From positions 1 to 60,171 of the forward strand of contig NW_021833940.1 of the NCBI RefSeq assembly GCF_006345805.1: a DNA stretch of 60,171 nt. The letters are read 5' to 3'. The translations under genes were made by a program, and so were the position numbers. Of this stretch, positions 53,701 through 60,171 are shown piece after piece (the first letter of the stretch is position 1; each line of letters starts with the position of its first letter). The notes under the pieces are model-generated. The model made no database searches and was not told the origin of the DNA. It saw only the letters and a program-made list of their open reading frames with translations. Source of the DNA: Octopus sinensis (Eukaryota).

Positions 53701-54215
53701 ATGTATGTATCTGTCTGCCTGTCTGTCTGTGTTTATATAAGTGTCTATAAATATTTATGTATATATGCTTGCGCATGCATGCGCACAAACGCACACGTTC
53801 TCATCCCTCAAGCACACGCACACACATGAGTGCACGCCCGCGCGCACACACACACACCCACACTACGCACACGCACACGCCCCTCGCCCTCTTAACATTT
53901 GTGTTTGCGTGTTATGATGACAAGCTAGAACGTGAAAAAACGCAGAAAGGACACAGAAAGACTTACAAAAAACCTTACCTATATACAATAAACGGTAAAA
54001 AAACAAGAAAGCGGAATGAATATATAAATAGCTAAGTAGAGAAATAAATATATGGATAATTAAACAAATAAATAACAAAATAAATAAATACATATATAAT
54101 TGGATGAATTATTTATTAAGTAATTAAATATGTATGGAATTATAAACAAAAATTTATGATACATAAAAAAAAAAGTTTCTGAGAACGATTAAAAAAAAGT
54201 AATATAAAAATTAGC

Positions 54216-54258
<43 letters not shown>

Positions 54259-54282
54259 GTGTGTTGGTGTTTGTGTGTGTTG

Positions 54283-54323
<41 letters not shown>

Positions 54324-54329
54324 TGCGTG

Positions 54330-54666
54330 TGTGTGCAATGAGATCTGTGAGTTTCGATGGCGGACTGTGTCTACGTTTTATATACGTGAATGTTTCGTGT
54401 ATGAGTTTCTCTATATGGCAGTAGACACATGGAGATTTGAAATGATTTTTATGTGTGTGTGTGTGCATGTGTGTATGTGTGTGCATGTGTGTGTGTGTGT
54501 CTGTGTGTGTGTCTGTGTGTGTCTGTGTGTGGTGTGTGTGTACGTGTGTGTGTGCAATGAGATCTGTGAGTTTCGATGGCGGACTGTGTCTACGTTTTAT
54601 ATACGTGAATGTTTCGTGTATGAGTTTCTCTATATGGCAGTAGACACATGGAGATTTGAAATGATT
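54330..54666 (+). repeat. Two copies of a ~120-bp unique block embedded in (TG)n (period about 219 bp)
   Basis: GCAATGAGATCTGTGAGTTTCGATGGCGG...GAGATTTGAAATGATT occurs at about 54335 and 54554. Confidence 0.92.
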
Positions 54667-54923
54667 TGTATGTGTGTGAGTGTGTGTGTGTGTGTGTGTG
54701 TGTATTTGAACGTGTGTGCGTCTATGTGTGTGTGTGTGTGTGTGTATGCATGCACTTTTACGCGTGCATCATTGTGTATATACTTTTGAGTGTGTCGTTG
54801 CATGTGTATTCGACTTTGCATTTGGCATTAGATTTGTATATACATCTGTAGGTCATTCTCTCTATATTTGTGTATCTGTGTGTGTGCACGCGCGCGTGCC
54901 TGCGTGCCTGTATGTTTTGTGTC

Positions 54924-54998
<75 letters not shown>

Positions 54999-55499
54999 CG
55001 TATGTATGTATGTATGTATGTATGTATGTATGTATGTATGTTTGTAGTATTTCTTTACACATGTATTCCTTCTTTGCAGATTACTTCATTCCATAGTAGT
55101 TAAATTCGTATCGATTTCACCCTTTTAAAAACGAGTATATTCGATTTAAGGGGTAAAATCGATTCAGGAATAGAAACGGCAAGAAATATTCATCCTGTCT
55201 ATTGAAATGAAGCGTTAAGTGTCTGGACAAACGATGGTGCAGTTTGGTCAGTTTCTCTCAGGAAATTTTTCTCACGCTAATTCCCCTCGATTAGGATGAT
55301 TAAGTTTTGTTAATGTTGAGCTTCTGTAGTTGAGCAAAATTCAAAACACACTGTAAAACAGTTCAATTCAAGCCACGCTTTGACTATAAAGCACTTTCAT
55401 GAACTTGGAAAAGTGTCTAAACTTAGATATTGGCTCCTTCATCATCTGATTGTTTCTCACTTTAATCAAAGAGTTGCCCTTTACTCGTCATTAAAGAGT

Positions 55500-56115
55500 A
55501 GACTTGTTACAGAAGCTTTCCAACGTTGAGTCATCAGAAGTGGTGAAAAGTGGACTCTCCAAAATCTTATCCAACAAAAATGACAATAATTAGCTCCCTC
55601 GCCCCAAAAAACAAAAAACGAAAAGATCCTTCTTCAGACTAGAACCACACACGATAAAAGTTATGCTCTGTGTTCTGTGGGATATGAAGGGTGCCGTCTA
55701 CGATGAAGTGTTAAACCAAAACGAAACAATTCATTCGCAGAGGTATTGTTGCCAACTGGAAGTATTGCACAAAGGTTTACAGAAAAAGCGCCCATCGTTG
55801 GTCAGTCGTAAAGGAGTGTTGCTTTTACAAGATAATGCAAGGCCACATATTGCTTAAATCACCCAGGAAATGATTATGGCACTAAATATAGAAAGTTTTG
55901 CCTCATCTGCCTTACTCTTCAACCATTGTTTCTTCTGACAATTTTCAGAACATTGCAACATTATTAAGAGAGAAATTAGTTTATTAATTATAAAAATGGT
56001 TTAAAATGATACCGAGTGTTTCTTTGCTTCGTGACCTGAAGAATTTTACTCCGGAGTGATAAGCAATTTGGCCAATAGATGGGATTACATTATCAATAAC
56101 GAGGAGAAATATGTT
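55500..56115 (+). mobile_element. Degraded mariner (Tc1/mariner) transposase catalytic domain
   Basis: KVMLCVLWDMKGAVYDEVLNQNETIHSQRYCCQL...KKRPSLVSRKGVLLLQDNARPHIA, with upstream EKW and downstream HLPYS (YSPDL-like). Stops and frameshifts are present. Confidence 0.88.
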
Positions 56116-56163
56116 AATTAAATAGATCAGTTAGAGCCAAGAGGCATTTGTTTCCTTTCCACC

Positions 56164-56197
<34 letters not shown>

Positions 56198-57670
56198 TGT
56201 ATGTATGTATGTATGTATGTATGTTATGATATATATATATATAAATAATTCTATTTGTATGTATGTTTGCGTTGTGCTGTGTTATGTTTTTACCTGAATG
56301 TGTATATGATTACATGTAAATATATTTATAAACAAGTGTATGTAAGTATGTATGTTTCTATGCATGAATGCATGCATGTATGTATGCATGTGTGTGCGCG
56401 TGTGTATATACACATGTATACATACATTTGTTTATATATATATGTACATTTGCTTATATATATATACATACGTACATTTGCTTATATATATATGTATATA
56501 TACATACATACATACATACATACATACATACATACATACATACATCATACATACATACGTACGTACATTTGTTTAAAAATATATAAACAAGTGTATTTAC
56601 TTGTGATCACATACACATACATATATATATATATAACGCATACATATATGCAAAGCGATTAGGAAAGAGCTCATTGAAAGCGTGAAGTGAAATAAATTCA
56701 GCCCTAGACTTAACAGAGTATGTTATGCAAACACAGTTAAAATAAGCTATATCTTAATTAATAATTGCATGATGCATTCTATATCTTTTCGGATACAATT
56801 TTGGTTCTGGCTGTCAGACGTTGTTCGTGAATACATGGATACTAGTTGCCTACTACGTCAATGGCATTGCAAAAAAATCGTGAGAACCAGGTGACATACG
56901 ATACCAGTCGATTTACTTTGAAAAAGTTTTTGAAAAAGTCTTTACTCTCGGAAATCAACATTAAAAATAGAATATTAAACTGACTTGAAGAAATGAGCTT
57001 TTATATTAAATATAGAAATGAATATTTCGCAATGATAACTAAAATATTTCTTTTGAGCAAAGCAGTTAACAGAGAACTTTGTTAAAACAAGAACAAAAGC
57101 AATCAGGTTTTGAGTAATATTATCCTTATAAATACAGCTAAAATACAATCAAGTTATATTTGAAATATTTACATACTATATTCTTTGTCTTCTCTGGATT
57201 AAATCGTATGATTATACTCACTGCAGTACATATAAGTAGCAACATTCTCATACGACTCTCTTCGCAGTTTTGTTGATGAAGGTATCACGTGCTCATATGT
57301 TTATGAATGTCTAACTACTAAGAACATTTTGTAATCTGGAGAAAATATTGTACGAATATAGAACAGTAGATGTCTTTCAAAACCGTTGTTGTAGGACCAT
57401 ATTAAAAGTTTCTAAGCATGACCACCTCAGGAATGAAGAGTTATAGAGATGGCTGGGATGAGTAACCTGCGAAGAGACCTGCGGGATGCCTTTGTTGTGA
57501 TACGGTTGGAGTTGTGCTACTCATATCTCTATGCTACTCGTATCCACGAAGAGACCTGCGAGAGCCTTTTTTTTTCGCTTGGAAGCTCGAAAGGGAGTAT
57601 AGGAAGTGAGACAAAATTGTGAAGACCTAATTGAGAAGTGTAGAGGAGAACATGGTACATTTGAGACTCG

Positions 57671-58052
57671 TGGAGGCGCAATGGCCCAGTGGATAGGGCA
57701 GCGGACTCGCGGTCATAGGATCGCGGTTTCGATTCCCAGACCGGGTGTTGTGAGTGTTTATTGAGCGAAACACCTAAATCCTCCACGAGGCTCCGGCAGG
57801 GGATGGTGGTGATCCCTGCTGTACTCTTTCACCACAACTTTCTCTCACTCTTACTTCCTGTTTCTGTTGTACCTGTATTTCAAAGGGCCGGCCTTGTCAC
57901 TCTCTGTGTCACGCTGAATATCCCCGAGAACTACGTTAAGGGTACACGTGTCTGTGGAGTGCTCAGCCACTTACACGTTAATTTCACGAGCAGGCTGTTC
58001 CGTTGATTCGGATCAACCGGAACCCTCGTCGCCGTAACCGACGGAGTGCTTC
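57671..58052 (+). mobile_element. tRNA-derived SINE sharing its 3' body with 41550-41868
   Basis: GGAGGCGCAATGGCCCAGTGG...GGTTTCGATTCC head, followed by CCCCGAGAACTACGTTAAGGGTACAC...CCCTCGTCGCCGTAACCGACGGAG. Confidence 0.88.
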
Positions 58053-58812
58053 CACTCCCCACACATTTGAGATTTATCTTGGGGAAGGCTCGTGACAGAG
58101 CTTGTAAACGTGCTACGCAGAGATCTCCCGGTCCTCCATGAGGAATGGGGTAGACTAAGATTAAAATTTGTATTTGAATATGTAATTTGTTTAATTTTTC
58201 AGCTGTCTCTTTGCTTAAGCTGATGATACATAAGGGTTTCCAGTAATGGATTTAGAAGAGCTTACAAAACCACTGAGTAGCTGCTGCATTTTCTGCGAGG
58301 GGTAACGCATTCCCAGTATTTATTCCACCGTATTATGATTGTTAACTATTTATCCTTAAAATTACAATAACGGCTCGTCCCTACTTCATTGAAAACTTTA
58401 TTTTATTGTTGACTGCAGTGATTCGACCCCTCATAAACAATCTTTTACAAAGAAAATCGCATGTATTTGTGTTACTCTTATTGTTTCGACTTGTAGAAAC
58501 CAGGTATCGCAGGTTCCTACATCACGTTGTCTATAAACAGTAAAATTCCTATACAGCGCTCTTGGGAGTTCCACTGATGATGGCATCACGTGTCCAAATA
58601 TTTCTATAAACGTCAGACTGCTGGAAATACGATCTTATCCGGAGAAAATACAGAACCTATTGGGTAATTATTTCATTACGCGCGCGCGCGTGTACATACA
58701 TGCACATGCATTCATGCGTACATTCCAATGTACACACACACGTCCACCATATATATTTATATACATAGATACATATACATACATACATACATACATACAT
58801 ACATACATACAC

Positions 58813-58866
<54 letters not shown>

Positions 58867-59716
58867 CATATGTATATATTATATATGTGTGTATATATAT
58901 GCATATATATATATATATATAGATACAGAGAGAGAGAGAGAAAGAAAGAGAGAGAGGGAGAAAGAGAGGGGGAGAGAGAAAGGAGGAGAGAGAGAGAGAG
59001 AGAGAGAGAGGGACTAAAATAAAACATTTGATACATAGCTGAACTTTTTACGGTAGTACTCGGTTTGGTTTGGTGGGAATAGGATAACATGAGTGTGCAG
59101 CAATGTGGGCCAAAAGAATCCAGACATTTGTTGGTGACTTCAGCGGTGTTTAGTACCGTTGGAGGAAGCGATACTGATGGAAGTTGCCAAAATCGTTGTG
59201 GTATTCACTGTAATAAGAGATGGACGGAGTAACCCCGCAATACAAGTTGTATGTGTTGCAGTTTACTCTTCCGTTATAGCTAGGATCAACTAAAAAAAAG
59301 TACTGTATCCAGTGAAAGATAAATATAATTTAATATACACAGTTTAAAAAAAAGAGCTACTAATAGTTTCATGCGGAAGAGATACAATAATTTGGAGGAT
59401 TTATAGAACATGTCATTGCCTCCAAGCAATCTTAAGACTCAGTGCATTCTGTTAGATGTGTTTGTAAACCAGATACAATAAGAGAAGTGAAGTGAGAGAA
59501 TAGATGTTTATTCCATGTTAGCTACATACATAGTTCGTAATCGACGCTACATCATCTATGACATATATATAAATAAATGCACATGTGCATACACACATCC
59601 ATCCATCCATACATACACATAGGTTTATACTTGTAATTATTGGGACAATAATTGGCTGCTGTAATTTAACTGTAGAGTAATTTCCGACCTCAGCGCGCCA
59701 AAGTGAAGACATTTGA

Positions 59717-59800
59717 AAGATACACCCAAATATAATTTGTAGAACGTTATACATGCTCAAGATACACCCAAATATAAATTGTAGAACTTTATACATGCTC
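59717..59800 (+). repeat. 42-bp tandem duplication
   Basis: AAGATACACCCAAATATAATTTGTAGAACGTTATACATGCTC twice, with 2 differences. Confidence 0.9.
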
Positions 59801-60171
59801 GATTTCGGTTGAACGTTCTGTATCTAGTTCTGGAAATTATGTTTTGTAAACGACAGACTATGCTGATGATCTTGCAGATATTTGCGTGTTCATATACGTA
59901 AATATTAACAAGTGAAACCAATGGTACATAGATAATCGTTTTTTATTTCATATATTTTCATTTGTCTTGCTTATTTTTACATTTTGTTTTTTTGCTGAGA
60001 TTTTTCTTGAGAACACATTATTCGTGGTAATGGCGATTTGACGTCTATGTTTAGCATAAAAGGTGTCCACTTTAGTGCTCATTACTCTAATTTTGGTATA
60101 TATATATATAATTAGGGTTCCGTAAAAAATTTGCTTTACCACATATCGAAATTTAGATTAGCAGTTAAAAA

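Noticed and set aside
58574-58620. CTGATGA-TGG…CCA hammerhead-like start
   Set aside because: GAAA is missing and stem I cannot pair. The CTGATGA/CTGACGA hits near 13825, 37972 and 59863 fail in the same way.

Overview
AT-rich, microsatellite-saturated animal genomic DNA. The SINE, LINE and MITE repertoire looks like octopus/coleoid cephalopod; this is recognised from repeat style and not verified by a search. I found no supportable host protein-coding gene, and almost all listed ORFs are translated microsatellites or transposon relics. The dominant feature is a 17.5-kb head-to-tail array (14486-31971) of 31 full plus one partial ~560-bp units. On the minus strand, every intact unit carries a type I hammerhead ribozyme fold: CUGAG-CUGAUGA-stem II-GAA-ACAGACUGU-C/CUCGG, with a GUC cleavage triplet and a near-palindromic stem III typical of dimer-type hammerheads. 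The array therefore looks like a retrozyme or Penelope-pLTR-like satellite copied by rolling-circle reverse transcription. It sits inside the microsatellite core of one split SINE and ends in a ~750-bp palindrome whose geometry fits two-ended priming plus snap-back synthesis. About 2-3 kb upstream, two unrelated TA-flanked elements carry minimal hammerhead folds with compensatory core variants (U3-A8 and G3-C8). The rest of the window holds Tx1/L1, R4/Dong, RTE and CR1-like LINE fragments, several tRNA-SINE families, two Helitron-type elements, piggyBac- and hAT-type MITEs, a mariner relic and local duplications. All folds were paired by eye, and activity is untested.
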